This document shows, one piece after another, positions 1 to 12,285 of a stretch of DNA of 64,000 nt. The position numbers were made by a program, and so were the translations under genes. Below the pieces are notes generated by a model. That model did not search any database, was not told where the DNA came from, and saw only the letters and a list, made by a program, of their open reading frames with translations. Numbering within the stretch: the stretch's first letter is position 1; each line of letters begins with the position of its first letter. The stretch is from an uncultured Pseudomonadota bacterium (GTDB lineage: Bacteria; Oederibacteriota; Muellerivitia; Muellerivitales; Muellerivitaceae). The stretch covers positions 224,001 through 288,000 of the forward strand of contig CAWJKT010000001.1 of assembly GCA_963843375.1 (NCBI GenBank), given 5' to 3'.

Positions 1-1
1 T

Positions 2-1285
<1,284 letters not shown>

Positions 1286-1304
1286 ATAGAATTTGGGATA
1301 AATA

Positions 1305-1341
1305 AAAAAGGCCGCTTTCCAAAAGGAGAGCGGCCTTTTTT
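1305..1341. terminator. Bidirectional rho-independent terminator
   Basis: aaaaaggccgctttcc-aaaa-ggagagcggcctttttt hairpin with A/T tails on both sides, between convergent thiC and ferredoxin. Confidence 0.88.
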
Positions 1342-1353
1342 GCTTCTAGAAAC

Positions 1354-1671
1354 TTAGTTGACGAGTTTGTTTACATCGGGACGCTTCGGCGGATCATTCG
1401 CCGGGCGGGTTGGCACCGGAGGATTGTTTTTGAAAGTGGGGGCCAATTCGGCATTGATCTTTCCGTACTCCGGATCTTTGTCCACGCCTTCCACGATTGC
1501 GCCGATTGGGCATGCGGAATAGCAACTGGTGCACTCAGTGCACTCTTCGGGGTTAATAATCATGAAGGGCTGACCCTTATATTCCCCGGGATGAATACAA
1601 TTCACGGGACATACATCTACGCATTGGGCATAAACCTCACCTAAGCACTTCTCGGTAATGACATACGGCAT
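1354..1671 (-). CDS. Ferredoxin, 7Fe (FdxA-like) type
   Basis: MPYVITEKC-x7-CVDVCPVNC...CTECTSCYSACP; AGGAGG RBS upstream of ATG at 1671. Confidence 0.88.
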   Translation of the reverse strand: MPYVITEKCLGEVYAQCVDVCPVNCIHPGEYKGQPFMIINPEECTECTSCYSACPIGAIVEGVDKDPEYGKINAELAPTFKNNPPVPTRPANDPPKRPDVNKLVN

Positions 1672-1973
1672 GACTTCCTCCTTCAAGATTCACTCTCCCA
1701 TGCTCGGGAGGGGTCTGGCTTCTTCTGTTCCTAAAAAAGCTTGGGTAGTTTAGAAGAGAGAAGCTTTCTTTCGCAAGACCATTTTTGATTTTTTTGGGCT
1801 TAAATGGGGTCTTTACGAGACTTTAACTGAATGGTAGTTTGAGGGAGCCGAATAGGTTTCACTTATGCCTTTCGGCTCATTTATTCGAACTTACCTAGCT
1901 GTGACATTGAAAGCTTATCGGGTCAGCCTTAAATTTTTCCCATCAAACCAAGGCGAGCCCTATGAAAGAAAAC

Positions 1974-3131
1974 ATGGCTAACAAAAAAGATTATTACGAT
2001 TTACTGGGTGTTTCCAAAACCGCTTCAGCCGATGACCTGAAAAAGGCCTATCGGAACATGGCTAAAAAGTATCATCCTGACGCTAACCCCAACAATAAGG
2101 AATCTGAGGAAAGGTTTAAGGAAATAAACGAAGCTTACGAGGTCTTGTCCGATCCCCAAAAGAAAAACGCCTATGATCAATTTGGACATGCGGGAGTAGG
2201 TGCGGGTGGACCCGGGGGCTTCAGTGGCGGTGGATTCCGATCGCAGGATTTCGGGAATGCCGCGGATTTTGAGGACATCTTCGGTGACGTTTTCAGCAAT
2301 TTCTTCGGAGGCAGCCAGCCGGGGCGGGGGGGCCGTGGAACGCAAGCGCAGGAAGGTGATGATCTTCGTTTTGACTTAAATCTTTCGTTCGAAGAAGCGG
2401 CTTTCGGAACAACGAAAGAAATTAAAGTTCAAAAATTATCTACATGCGAGTCCTGCCATGGTTCAGGGGCGAAGCCCGGTTCGGGAAGAGTGGTATGCCC
2501 GACGTGCAAAGGGGTTGGCCAGATTCGATCGACCCAAGGTTTTTTTACTATCGCCCGCACTTGCACCCGTTGCGGGGGTCAAGGTGAAATGCCGGGAAGC
2601 CCCTGTCCAACTTGCCATGGGCATGGCCGGTTGGAAAAAGAAAAAGTAATTTCCGTAAAGGTTCCCCCTGGAGTGGATGAAGGTTCAAGATTGCGTTTAA
2701 GGAGTGAGGGCGAAGCGGGGTTGAATGGGGGAACAGCGGGGGATCTTTATGTTTTCCTTCACGTGGAGGCCCATGATTTTTTTGAAAGAGACGGCAGCGA
2801 CCTCCACTGCGAAATTCCTATTTCGTTCGTTCAGGCTGCTCTTGGAACTGAAATCGAAGTGCCTACTCTGGAAGGCCCGGTCAAAATGAAAATTCCGGCC
2901 GGAACCCAATCGGGAAAAGTTTTTCGCTTGAGGGAAAAAGGTCTCAAGAGCCCTCAAAGCGCGAATGTCGGCGATTTGTTGGTGGCGGTGACCGTGGAAA
3001 CGCCAACCGACTTGAATTCCAAACAAAAAAAAATGCTGGAAGAATTCGAAGCTCTTTCAAATGAAAGCAACACCCCTCAAATTTCAAAATTCATGAACCG
3101 AATGAAAAATCTTTTTGCGCGAAAAAAATAA
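1974..3131 (+). CDS. dnaJ: Chaperone DnaJ
   Basis: J domain with HPD, G/F-rich region, four CxxCxGxG repeats; start 1962 or 1974. Confidence 0.97.
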   Translation: MANKKDYYDLLGVSKTASADDLKKAYRNMAKKYHPDANPNNKESEERFKEINEAYEVLSDPQKKNAYDQFGHAGVGAGGPGGFSGGGFRSQDFGNAADFEDIFGDVFSNFFGGSQPGRGGRGTQAQEGDDLRFDLNLSFEEAAFGTTKEIKVQKLSTCESCHGSGAKPGSGRVVCPTCKGVGQIRSTQGFFTIARTCTRCGGQGEMPGSPCPTCHGHGRLEKEKVISVKVPPGVDEGSRLRLRSEGEAGLNGGTAGDLYVFLHVEAHDFFERDGSDLHCEIPISFVQAALGTEIEVPTLEGPVKMKIPAGTQSGKVFRLREKGLKSPQSANVGDLLVAVTVETPTDLNSKQKKMLEEFEALSNESNTPQISKFMNRMKNLFARKK

Positions 3132-3179
3132 TTTTTTAAAGAAGATTAAGTTTTCGATCTTAAATAAAGGCTTGATGAA

Positions 3180-3929
3180 ATGAGCTTTATACCAAGGCTT
3201 TTCTTGCCAATGGTTCCCGAAAACCAGCAGGAAATCACTTTGGATGAATCGGCTTCGCGATATCTGGTCAAGGTGCTTCGCTTTACCAAAGGATCGATCT
3301 TTAAAGGATTTGATTCCCAAGGCCGGCAGTATGATTTGGCCTTGAAAGAGACAGATGCAAAACAAGCCATTGCTTCCGTCGTAGCTCGCCACGAAAAAAA
3401 TTCGATTAGCGCGGGTGTTTTTGTCGCATTGGGGCAAAGTTTGCCAAAAGCCGGGAAAATGGACTTGATCCTCCGGCAAGCCACCGAAGCGGGTGTAAAC
3501 CGCTTTATTCCCCTTGTGACGCAAAGAAGCATTTCGCGACCGAATGTTGCCCAATACGATCACAAAATCGATCGATGGCAAAAAATTTTAAAGGAAGCTT
3601 GCAGACAAAGCGGGAGGAACGACGTTCCTAAATTAGATTCGGTGGCTGATTGGTCAGAAGCCTTGAAATTGTTCGGTGAATTCGATCAGGTTTTATTACC
3701 GTACGAAAAGGAAGCCCCAACATTAAAAACGGTATTGGTTTCAAATCCTTCTGCGGTAAAAATTTTAGTTTTGGTAGGGCCTGAGGGAGGGTGGGCAAAA
3801 GAAGAAGTGCGCGAAGCCGAGGAAAAGGGAGCCGCACCGGTGCATTTACCAACACCTATCCTTAGAACTGAAACCGCAGGGATCGCTATCGTTTCAATGA
3901 TTCGATTTTTTTACACCTCATCACCGTAA
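3180..3929 (+). CDS. rsmE: 16S rRNA m3U1498 methyltransferase
   Basis: VGPEGGW and ILRTETA SPOUT motifs, EACRQSGR; follows dnaJ. Confidence 0.93.
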   Translation: MSFIPRLFLPMVPENQQEITLDESASRYLVKVLRFTKGSIFKGFDSQGRQYDLALKETDAKQAIASVVARHEKNSISAGVFVALGQSLPKAGKMDLILRQATEAGVNRFIPLVTQRSISRPNVAQYDHKIDRWQKILKEACRQSGRNDVPKLDSVADWSEALKLFGEFDQVLLPYEKEAPTLKTVLVSNPSAVKILVLVGPEGGWAKEEVREAEEKGAAPVHLPTPILRTETAGIAIVSMIRFFYTSSP

Positions 3930-3937
3930 AGGCCCAA

Positions 3938-4816
3938 ATGAAACTTCTTAAACTTCAAGGAAACCATGGCATTAAAGGCGCCGATCATTTGGTTTTTATC
4001 CTTGGTCATCCCCTAGGACATACCCTTTCCCCTCTCATGCACAACGCGGCATTTCGAGCCGTGGGGCTGCCTTGGTTTTATGCCCCATTGGATATCGCCT
4101 TAAGTGAAATTAAAAAAGGAATGGAAATTCTCCTTTCCCCCAACGTTTATGGTGCCAATATTACGGTTCCTTATAAAGAAACGGTGATGCCATATTTGGA
4201 CCAGGTTGAAAAAGAGGCCCAGTGGTTAGGCTCGGTCAACACAATCTATCGTAGAGAGAAAAAGATTATTGGAACTTCCACTGATGGTGAGGGTTTTTTA
4301 AGATCCTTGGGCGATTGGCGGAAAAAACTTCGAGGTTCAAGGGGTTTGTTGATAGGCGCCGGAGGCGCAGCTAAGGCTGTCGCGGGCGCTTTGGCCCAAT
4401 CGGGCGTAAAGGAATTTTATATCGCCAACCGATCTCCAGAGAGAGCTGCGCAGTTGGTTCGAATACTTTTAAAACACTATCCCAGTCTTAAAATAGGCAC
4501 TGTTTCCCTGAAAGAGGGGGAAAATATTTTGACTCGGTGTGATTGGGTGGTTCAGGCAACAGCTGTTGGTCTAAAGGAAAAGGATACTTCTTTAATATCT
4601 CTTAAGGGCGCTCGAAAAGAGACCTTGGTGATTGACCTTATCTATCACCGAGAGACAAATTTCTTGAAAGAGGCCCATCGTCGTCGGTTACCAAATTTAA
4701 GCGGGATAGGAATGCTTTTGCACCAAGGCGCTCTTTCTTTCGAGTGTTGGACCGGGGAAAAGGCCCCATTGACGGTGATGCATAAGGTCTTGATGAACCA
4801 TTTGGCATCCCGGTAA
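3938..4816 (+). CDS. aroE: Shikimate dehydrogenase
   Basis: HTLSPLMHN, NITVPYKE, GSVNT, GAGGAA, GMLLHQG. Confidence 0.93.
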   Translation: MKLLKLQGNHGIKGADHLVFILGHPLGHTLSPLMHNAAFRAVGLPWFYAPLDIALSEIKKGMEILLSPNVYGANITVPYKETVMPYLDQVEKEAQWLGSVNTIYRREKKIIGTSTDGEGFLRSLGDWRKKLRGSRGLLIGAGGAAKAVAGALAQSGVKEFYIANRSPERAAQLVRILLKHYPSLKIGTVSLKEGENILTRCDWVVQATAVGLKEKDTSLISLKGARKETLVIDLIYHRETNFLKEAHRRRLPNLSGIGMLLHQGALSFECWTGEKAPLTVMHKVLMNHLASR

Positions 4817-4845
4817 CCGTTTGGCCCAGCTTTCGGTGACAAACG

Positions 4846-4874
4846 TTGACTTCGATTTTTTTCGATTCTATACT
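4846..4874 (+). promoter_or_regulatory. Sigma70-like promoter for pilB-pilT-pilC
   Basis: TTGACT-17 bp-TATACT, 50 bp upstream of pilB. Confidence 0.6.
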
Positions 4875-4924
4875 TCTTTTGTTATGCTGGTTCTAGTCCA
4901 ATTTCTACCCATCCGAGGTTTCCA

Positions 4925-6700
4925 ATGCCTGAATCCATGAAGAAACGCCTGGGCGAAATGTTGGTGGATGAGGGCATTATCTCAGAAGAACAGCTTCAAG
5001 AAGCGCTCCACGAGCAGAAAATCAAGGGCGGCCGTCTTGAAAAAATTCTTATTAGTCAGGGTTACGTCACCCAAGACGTAATTATGGCTTTTGTGGGAAC
5101 CCAGCTTGGAATTCCTCATGTGAGTCTCATCGAAATTGGAGATATTCCTAATGATGTTGTTTTTTCTGTTCCTGAGTCCATCGCCATTAATCATTGTTTA
5201 ATCCCCATTGTTAAAAAAGACAAAAAACTTACCGTTGCCATGGCTGATCCGCTCAACGTTTTCGCTATCGATGACATCAAAATGATGACAGGTTTCGAGG
5301 TGGAACCTGCCATTGCAAGCGAAACCGAAATTAAAGCGATGCATTCGAAATATTACGGAACCGCAGCAGGCGGCTCCGGGTCGAGCGGCGGCGGCGGGGG
5401 CGGCGAAGTCGGCGGCGACATGCAGGAAATTATCAATTCCATGGGTGGCGGCGACAACCTAGAAGTAATGGAAGAAAAAAACGAGGAGATCGATATTTCC
5501 AAGTTGGAGGCGGCCGGAGAAGACGCTCCTGTCGTGCGCTTGGTAAACCTTGTTTTAACGGAAGCCGTAAGGGCGGGAGCAAGCGATATTCATATTGAGC
5601 CTTATGAAAGGAACCTTCGTTGTCGTTACCGAATTGACGGCGTCCTTCACGAGGTGCAATCACCTCCAAAGTCTTTATCGGCAGCTATTTCTTCTCGTCT
5701 AAAGATTATGTCTTCCCTGGATATTGCCGAACGGCGTTTACCCCAAGATGGACGTATTAAAATCAAGGTTTTGGGAAAAGAAATCGACCTTCGTGTTTCC
5801 GTTTGTCCCGTTCAATTTGGTGAGAAAATAGTAATGCGTATTTTGGATTCATCGAACTTATCCTTGGATCTGCCAAAGCTGGGTTTTGAGGACGATATTT
5901 TACCCAAATTTGAAAAGGCCATTGTAGAGCCTTATGGTTTGGTTTTAGTTACCGGCCCAACGGGTTCCGGTAAGTCAACCACGCTTTATTCCGCTCTGCA
6001 CTACATCAATAATCCTGATACCAATATTTCAACAATTGAAGACCCGGTGGAATATAACCTTCCAGGAATTAATCAAGTTAACGCCAAGGCAGGTATTGGA
6101 TTAACTTTTGCCGCCGGATTGCGGTCCTTCTTGCGCCAGGATCCGGATGTGATCATGGTGGGAGAAATTCGCGATAAAGAAACCGCTGAAATCGCCATTA
6201 ACGCTGCCTTAACTGGCCACTTGGTATTCTCGACTTTACATACCAATGATGCTCCTGGGGCCGTCACTCGCATGGGAAACATGGGTGTCGAGCCATTTCT
6301 TATTACCTCCACCGTACACTGCGTAGTTGCTCAACGTTTACTTCGACGTATTTGCAAAGATTGCAAGGAAACTTATGAGGCCCCGGATGAAGTTCTCGAA
6401 GAAATGGGAATTAATCCGAGTGTCGGGTGAAAGGGTGAACTTTGTATCGGCGGAGTGGGATGTGCGACATGTTCCAACACGGGTTATAAAGGACGTATGG
6501 CGATTCATGAAGTCATGATTTTGACGGAAGAGTTTAAAAAAGGCGTTCTGCAAAGAAAAACCGCTTCCGATCTTAAGAAAATCGCCCGGGCAGGAGGAAT
6601 GCAGACTTTGAGGGAATGTGGTGTGAAGAAGGTTTTAAAAGGAATGACGTCAGTTGAAGAACTTTTGCGTGTGGCGCACGCTGATTCGGACGAAGAATAA
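4925..6700 (+). CDS. pilB: Type IV pilus extension ATPase (frameshift near 6420-6450 splits it into ORFs 4925-6430 and 6455-6700)
   Basis: N-terminal MshEN motif, ASDIHIEP, GPTGSGKST, LRQDPDVIMVGEIRD; Zn knuckle split CKDC / CATC-xxx-GYKGR across the shift. Confidence 0.93.
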
Positions 6701-6735
6701 AGCAATTATATTGTAAAAGGAGACAGATAGATTTT

Positions 6736-7800
6736 ATGGTCAACATTGATACGCTTTTAAGACTAATGTTTGAAAGGGGAGCTTCTGATCTTCATATCAC
6801 TGCCGGAGCGCCCCCCATGCTTCGAATTGACGGTGTTATGACGGCCACTGAGTATGAAAAGCTTCGTCCGGAAACAACCCAACAGCTTATCTATAGCATT
6901 TTAACGGATGAGCAAAAAGAGAAATTCGAGAAGGACAATGAGCTTGACGTTTCTTTTGGCGTTGAAGGAGTAGGCCGTGTTCGTATGAATGTTTATCAAC
7001 AACGGGGTGCGGTTGCGGCGGCCTTGCGGAATATTCCAACTTCTATTCGAACGTTCGAGGATTTGAAACTTCCGCAGATTGCCCAAGATATCGTGAAATT
7101 GCCGAAGGGATTAGTTTTGGTCACTGGGCCAACGGGTTCGGGTAAATCAACGACTTTGGCGGCAATGCTGGATTGGATTAACACCAATCAACAACACCAC
7201 ATTATTACTATAGAGGATCCCATTGAGTATGTCCATACTCATAAATCCTGCATCGTTAATCAAAGAGAGGTTGGGACGGATACCCATACTTTTACATCGG
7301 CTTTGAAATATGCTTTGCGCCAGGACCCGGATGTCATTCTCATCGGTGAAATGCGCGATTTGGAAACCGTAAATGCTGCCTTGACCATTGCCGAAACAGG
7401 TCATTTGGTTTTCGCCACTTTGCATACGGTCGATGCGATCCAAACAATCAACCGAATCATTGACGTTTTTCCCGCGGGCCAACAACAGCAAATTCGTGCC
7501 CAGATATCTTTCGTGCTTCAGGCGGTGCTGTCTCAGCAACTATTGCCGAAGGCTTATGGATCGGGCCGATGCCTTGCGTTGGAAGTCCTCATTCCGACAG
7601 CGGCTATTCGGAATCTTATTCGTGAGGAGAAAATCCACCAAATTTATTCGTCCATGCAAACGGGTACGGAGTATGGAATGCAGACAATGAATCAATCTTT
7701 ATTCGAACTTTATCAAAAGCAACTTGTGAGTTATAACGAAATTTTCTCCCGGACTTTGGATCCCAAAGAACTACAGCGAATGGTGAAGGGTGTTATTTAA
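6736..7800 (+). CDS. pilT: Type IV pilus retraction ATPase
   Basis: GPTGSGKST, ALRQDPDVILIGEMRD, diagnostic AIRNLIRE. Confidence 0.96.
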   Translation: MVNIDTLLRLMFERGASDLHITAGAPPMLRIDGVMTATEYEKLRPETTQQLIYSILTDEQKEKFEKDNELDVSFGVEGVGRVRMNVYQQRGAVAAALRNIPTSIRTFEDLKLPQIAQDIVKLPKGLVLVTGPTGSGKSTTLAAMLDWINTNQQHHIITIEDPIEYVHTHKSCIVNQREVGTDTHTFTSALKYALRQDPDVILIGEMRDLETVNAALTIAETGHLVFATLHTVDAIQTINRIIDVFPAGQQQQIRAQISFVLQAVLSQQLLPKAYGSGRCLALEVLIPTAAIRNLIREEKIHQIYSSMQTGTEYGMQTMNQSLFELYQKQLVSYNEIFSRTLDPKELQRMVKGVI

Positions 7801-7836
7801 TTTCACGCAGTTTTCCTTAACTTGGAAAGGTTTAAA

Positions 7837-9057
7837 ATGCCAAATTTCAAATATAAAGCCCGAAATAATATGGGCAAAGTTATTGAAGGAACCATCGTTG
7901 CTGAAAATGAAGCCGGTGTAGCGTCCGCACTTCGCCAAAAAAGATTGGAGGTTGTTTCAGCTTCTCCCGGCCGGTGGATTGGGTTCAATTTGGGCACGCT
8001 ATAAATAAAAAAGGGGGAAAGGTAACTACAAAAGACATTGTCGTTTTTAGCCGCCAGTTTTCCACGATGGTGAACGCGGGATTGCCTATCCTTCAAGGGT
8101 TGACGATTGTGGCCGAGCAAGCAGAAAATCCGGATTTTCGCGCTGTTATGACGAAAGTTCGGGACGATATTTCCAATGGCGTGCCACTTTCCGATGCGAT
8201 GGCAAAATATCCAAAAGTTTTTAGCACTCTTTATGTCAATATGGTTAAGGCGGGTGAACAGGGTGGTATTTTGGATATTATTTTTGAGAGACTTTCGGAA
8301 TATATGGAGAAAGCAGAGGGTGTTACGAGAAAAGTAAAATCCGCCATGATGTATCCCGTAGTCGTGATGTCAGTGGCTTGTTTGGTGGTGATTTTTTTGA
8401 TGGTAAAAGTGGTTCCGACCTTTCGCGATGTTTTTGCATCTTTTGGGGCAAAATTGCCTGCTCCAACCCAATTTCTAATTGATGTTAGTGATTTTTTGGC
8501 AAGTAAAAAATCCCTTCTCATAGTTGTTTTTATGGTTGTAGCTTGGTTTGTTATCACCATGTATCGAAAAACTAAAGCAGGAGCTTACAATTGGGATAAA
8601 ATGATTTTGAGCCTTCCCGTTTTCGGGGTTTTGGTTCAAAAGGCCGCTGTGGCGAAGTTTGCCCGAACCTTGGGAACCTTGATCAAGTCCGGTGTTCCTA
8701 TCATGGATGCATTAGAAACAGTCGCTAAAACTTCTGGTAATCTTGTCTATGGAAAGGGCTGTTTTCAATGCCCGAGATTCTGTAAGAGAAGGAAAGACCC
8801 TAACGCAACCTTTAAAAGAGAGCAAAGTTTTTCCGCCAATGGTAACCCAAATGATAAATGTGGGTGAGGAAACTGGAGCTTTGGACACAATGTTGAGCAA
8901 AATTGCAGATTTTTATGAGGATGAAGTGGATGCTGCGGTTGAGGGTTTAACCTCAATTATCGAGCCCATTTTGATTGTTTTTTTGGGCGTCACAATTGGT
9001 TTTATAGTTGTTGCTATGTTTATGCCAATGTTTGAAATTGGAAATGCTGTTGGTTGA
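7837..9057 (+). CDS. pilC: Type IV pilus platform protein, GspF family (frameshifts near 7970 and 8745)
   Basis: MPNFKYKAR start, FSRQFSTMVNAGLP, AGEQGG, C-terminal VGEETGALD...EPILIV...MFMPMF across three consecutive frames. Confidence 0.92.
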
Positions 9058-9077
9058 ATTCATGGGCTTTGGATAAG

Positions 9078-9106
9078 TTGACAAGCCCTTTTTTAAACGA
9101 TAAAAT
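9078..9106 (+). promoter_or_regulatory. Near-consensus sigma70-like promoter of the pilin gene
   Basis: TTGACA-17 bp-TAAAAT; GGGAGG RBS before ATG 9176. Confidence 0.7.
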
Positions 9107-9175
9107 TGAGTCTGAGCTAAAGTTAGAAGGGTCATATGTGTTTAAAGACTTAGCTTAAATTAAAGGGAGGTTTTT

Positions 9176-9633
9176 ATGATTCGTTTGAAAGCAAAAGGTT
9201 TTACGTTGATTGAGCTGATGATCGTTGTCGCGATTATCGGTATTTTGGCTGCCATTGCTATTCCCCGATTTGCCCAAATGTTGGAAAAGTCGAGAGAAGG
9301 GTCGACCAAGGGTAACTTGGGAAGCTTAAAATCAGCGGCTTCTATTTATTATGGTGACCAACAAGGGATTTGGCCGACGACTTTGCAATCCTATAGTGGT
9401 TATGCGTTCAGCCGCTATTTGGATAATATCTCGCCGGTTAAGGTTACTGGAGCTTTCGTTGCAGGAGCTGTCGAGCCCAGCTGGAGACTTAGTCACGCAT
9501 GACGACCATGAGTTCGGTTCCTACTGGAAGCAACACGGGATGGTTATATGACAGTAATTTTGGAAGCGTGTACGTGAATAGCACCGTACAGGATTCCAAA
9601 AGCATTCCGTATTCTTTCTATGGATTTGAATGA
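9176..9633 (+). CDS. pilA: Type IVa major pilin (two apparent +1 indels near 9470-9500)
   Basis: Class III signal [24 protein letters not shown]; removing two bases extends it through [38 protein letters not shown]...YGFE to TGA 9631-9633; own promoter and terminator. Confidence 0.85.
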
Positions 9634-9668
9634 TTTAGGCTAGGTAGGGTTTGAAAAATTTTATGTTT

Positions 9669-9709
9669 AACAAACAATGGGTGGCATGTAGCCGCCCATT
9701 GTTTGTTTT
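9669..9709 (+). terminator. Hairpin terminator after pilin
   Basis: aacaaacaatgggtggc-atgta-gccgcccattgtttgtt, 17-bp stem followed by T. Confidence 0.75.
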
Positions 9710-10060
9710 ATTCATAAAAATTTTGGGGTGATTTTATCCGAACTGCGATAATTCTACTCTTCCCAATTGTATTGGGTTTTAGTGTTTATAATTTTTTGAA
9801 TTTATGTTTTTTTTGCTGGAAAGGTAGAAATCGAGTTTCTTTCCAACTTTTCCAGGTTTTTTTCTTCTGGGCGAAAAAGCCGTTCTTCGGTTTTGAAATA
9901 CTCCAAAATTTAATCTTTGTGCCTGCGAAGCTTTCTTTTGTCGGAATTCCATTTCGAGACAATTTATTGGATGTTGAATCTTCGATTTTAAATCACTTTT
10001 GTCAAAGAGAATTTAAACCGCGCAAAGTTTTTTTGAATTACCTAAGGTGAGAAATATTTT

Positions 10061-11164
10061 ATGAGCCTTTTTTCAAAATCAATAGTCGGCTTGGATGTTG
10101 GAACTTCCAGCGTCAAGATCGTCCAACTTAAATTTTCTGGTAAACAATGGCAGCTGGTGGCAGTTGGAATGGCCGATATGCCGAGTAAAGATTCTCTGGA
10201 TATCAAAAACTCAGATGCCCAACGTTCTGTAACTATTGAAACCATAAAACGCGTATTTAAAGAAAGCGGAATAAAAAACAAAAAAGTAGTGACGGCCCTT
10301 TCGGGTGATTCGGTAATTATTCGTTATGTGAAACTCCCGTTTATGACGGCTGAAGAGCTTCGAAATTCAATTCCCAAAGAAGCCGAACAATATATTCCGT
10401 TAAACATCGACCAGGTTGTTCTTGATTTTCAAATTTTGGGTGAAACACAGGAAGATGGGCAACGAAAATTAGATGTCTTGTTAGTGGCGGCGAAAGTTGA
10501 TGTTGTGGATCAACATATCCTAATGCTTAAATCGGCTGGATTGACTCCGGCGGTGATAGATATTGATGCCTTTGCTTTACAAAATGCCTTTGAAATTAAC
10601 CGGTTGGAACCCAGTGAAGAAACCGTTGCGTTGCTTAATATGGGCGCTTCGTTAACGACGATCAACATTCTCGAAGGTAACAATACTAGGTTTACAAGAG
10701 ATATTCCTGTAGCTGGGAATGATTTTACAAAAGAGATTCAAAAAGAATTTAATTTAAAGTTCTCTGAAGCAGAAGAATTGAAAAAATCCCATGGAGCAAT
10801 TTCCATGGAGGAGGATGATTTTAATCTGTCTTCCGTTTCTCAAAAAGATGACCGAGTTTTAAGGATGTCCGATGTCATAACGCCGGTCCTTAACAAGCTT
10901 TTGGGTGAAATTCGACGGTCGTTTGACTACTATGAAACCCAGGCGCGCAAAAAAACGGTTGAAAGAGTAATGCTATTGGGTGGAAGCGCGAGGCTGAAAA
11001 ATGTTAATCGATTCTTAGCCAACAAATTGGGAATTCCTGTTGAGTACTTTTCAACCTTTCGTAATGTAGAGTCTCAAAAGAGTATTGATTTAGAACAATT
11101 GGCCGAAAAGGAATATCATATGGGGGTTTGCTTGGGTTTGGCTTTGCGCCAAGTGGATTCTTAA
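10061..11164 (+). CDS. pilM: Type IV pilus assembly protein PilM
   Basis: VGLDVGTSSVK actin-like start, EAEQYIP, EIRRSFDYY, GLALR. Confidence 0.94.
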   Translation: MSLFSKSIVGLDVGTSSVKIVQLKFSGKQWQLVAVGMADMPSKDSLDIKNSDAQRSVTIETIKRVFKESGIKNKKVVTALSGDSVIIRYVKLPFMTAEELRNSIPKEAEQYIPLNIDQVVLDFQILGETQEDGQRKLDVLLVAAKVDVVDQHILMLKSAGLTPAVIDIDAFALQNAFEINRLEPSEETVALLNMGASLTTINILEGNNTRFTRDIPVAGNDFTKEIQKEFNLKFSEAEELKKSHGAISMEEDDFNLSSVSQKDDRVLRMSDVITPVLNKLLGEIRRSFDYYETQARKKTVERVMLLGGSARLKNVNRFLANKLGIPVEYFSTFRNVESQKSIDLEQLAEKEYHMGVCLGLALRQVDS

Positions 11165-11167
11165 ACA

Positions 11168-11737
11168 ATGATCACCATAAATTTAGTTCCTGTCAAAGAA
11201 CGGAAAAAGCGGAAAGATATTCTGATTATCTTTTCGGTTGCATCCGTTTTTCTGTTTATTGTTTTGATTATGGCTTACATCTATTTGCAGCGATTGAGCG
11301 TAGCCAGCAATTTAAATAAGCAAATTGACGATGTTAAAAAGGAATCAGAGGGTTACCAAGACAAAATAAACGAAGTCAAGGAATTTGAAAATAAACAAGC
11401 AAGTGTTGATTCCTTTAAAAAAACAATAACCGGCATTTCTGAAACACAAAGAAAAATTCTTGTGGCATTTGATCAAATGGGGGTCAATTTACCTGATGGA
11501 GTTTGGTTGACTGGTATCACACAAGGGTCGGGAAAGGACGAAAATGTATTTTCGATCCAAGGATATTCTTTTACCGAGGAAAGCTTACAAACTTATTGTT
11601 CGAATCTTCAAAGGCCGGCCGGTTTGCTAAAGGATGTTGCCGTGGATGAAAAAACTTCAGTGGTGGCGGTAGGTACGGCAAGAAATAAGATCCATAAATT
11701 CCAAATTAATTTTAGAGTGATGGATCAAGGCACATGA
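11168..11737 (+). CDS. pilN: Type IV pilus assembly protein PilN
   Basis: MITINLVP PilM-binding motif, TM, coiled coil, LPDGVWL. Confidence 0.88.
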   Translation: MITINLVPVKERKKRKDILIIFSVASVFLFIVLIMAYIYLQRLSVASNLNKQIDDVKKESEGYQDKINEVKEFENKQASVDSFKKTITGISETQRKILVAFDQMGVNLPDGVWLTGITQGSGKDENVFSIQGYSFTEESLQTYCSNLQRPAGLLKDVAVDEKTSVVAVGTARNKIHKFQINFRVMDQGT

Positions 11738-12285
11738 AAATAACACCGCTGCAACAATATATTATCTTAGGTGTGTTTGCTTTTTTGGGTCTTGTTTTTC
11801 TTTACTATCAATTTTTATTAAAACCCATCAACAATAAAATAGTAGCGGCTCAAACGGAACTGGACGGAAAAAAGAAAGATTTAGAAGAAGCTAAAATGAT
11901 TGTTGCTAAATATGTTGAATTTAAAAAACGAGAAGATTCAATTCAACGAGAACTCGAATGGATTCAAAATAGGATACCCAAAACAATCGAAAAGACAAAA
12001 TTGGTGGAAGCTATAACTTTTCTGCAAAGTCGCTCTGGCGTCCTGCTAACGAGTTTCACCATTACTCCTCCGGCTTCTAAAGACACCTATACTGAAATAC
12101 CGATTAATATTCAGTTGCGTTCTGATTTTAAAGGACTGATGAATTTCCTTTATCAATTAAGCACTTCTAATCTATTGATGACTGCTCGTGGATTAAGGGT
12201 GCTTCCTTACGCACCAACCTCTACGGATGATCCGAAACTGTCATTGTCGGCCCAAATCATAGTTAGCGGAGTTCAAGCGAAATAA
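11734..12285 (+). CDS. pilO: Type IV pilus assembly protein PilO
   Basis: N-terminal TM plus coiled coil, YTEIPINI; position between pilN and pilP/pilQ. Confidence 0.82.
   Translation: MKITPLQQYIILGVFAFLGLVFLYYQFLLKPINNKIVAAQTELDGKKKDLEEAKMIVAKYVEFKKREDSIQRELEWIQNRIPKTIEKTKLVEAITFLQSRSGVLLTSFTITPPASKDTYTEIPINIQLRSDFKGLMNFLYQLSTSNLLMTARGLRVLPYAPTSTDDPKLSLSAQIIVSGVQAK

Noticed and set aside
5369..5417. GGC-rich repeat in pilB
   Set aside because: Encodes an in-frame Gly/Ser interdomain linker.
8221..8229. TTAGCACTC, a CIRCE half-site
   Set aside because: Inside pilC, second half absent, not upstream of dnaJ.
9200..9633. Aromatic-rich pilin (about 18 of 143 residues) as a conductive e-pilin
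   Set aside because: Position 27 is Met rather than aromatic, residues 25-49 have no aromatics, and the C-terminus depends on indel correction.
9772..10050. 92-aa Phe-rich + strand ORF between pilA and pilM
   Set aside because: TTG start, no RBS, composition reflects T-rich DNA. The minus strand has only sub-60-aa frames; a small frameshifted gene cannot be excluded but is unsupported.
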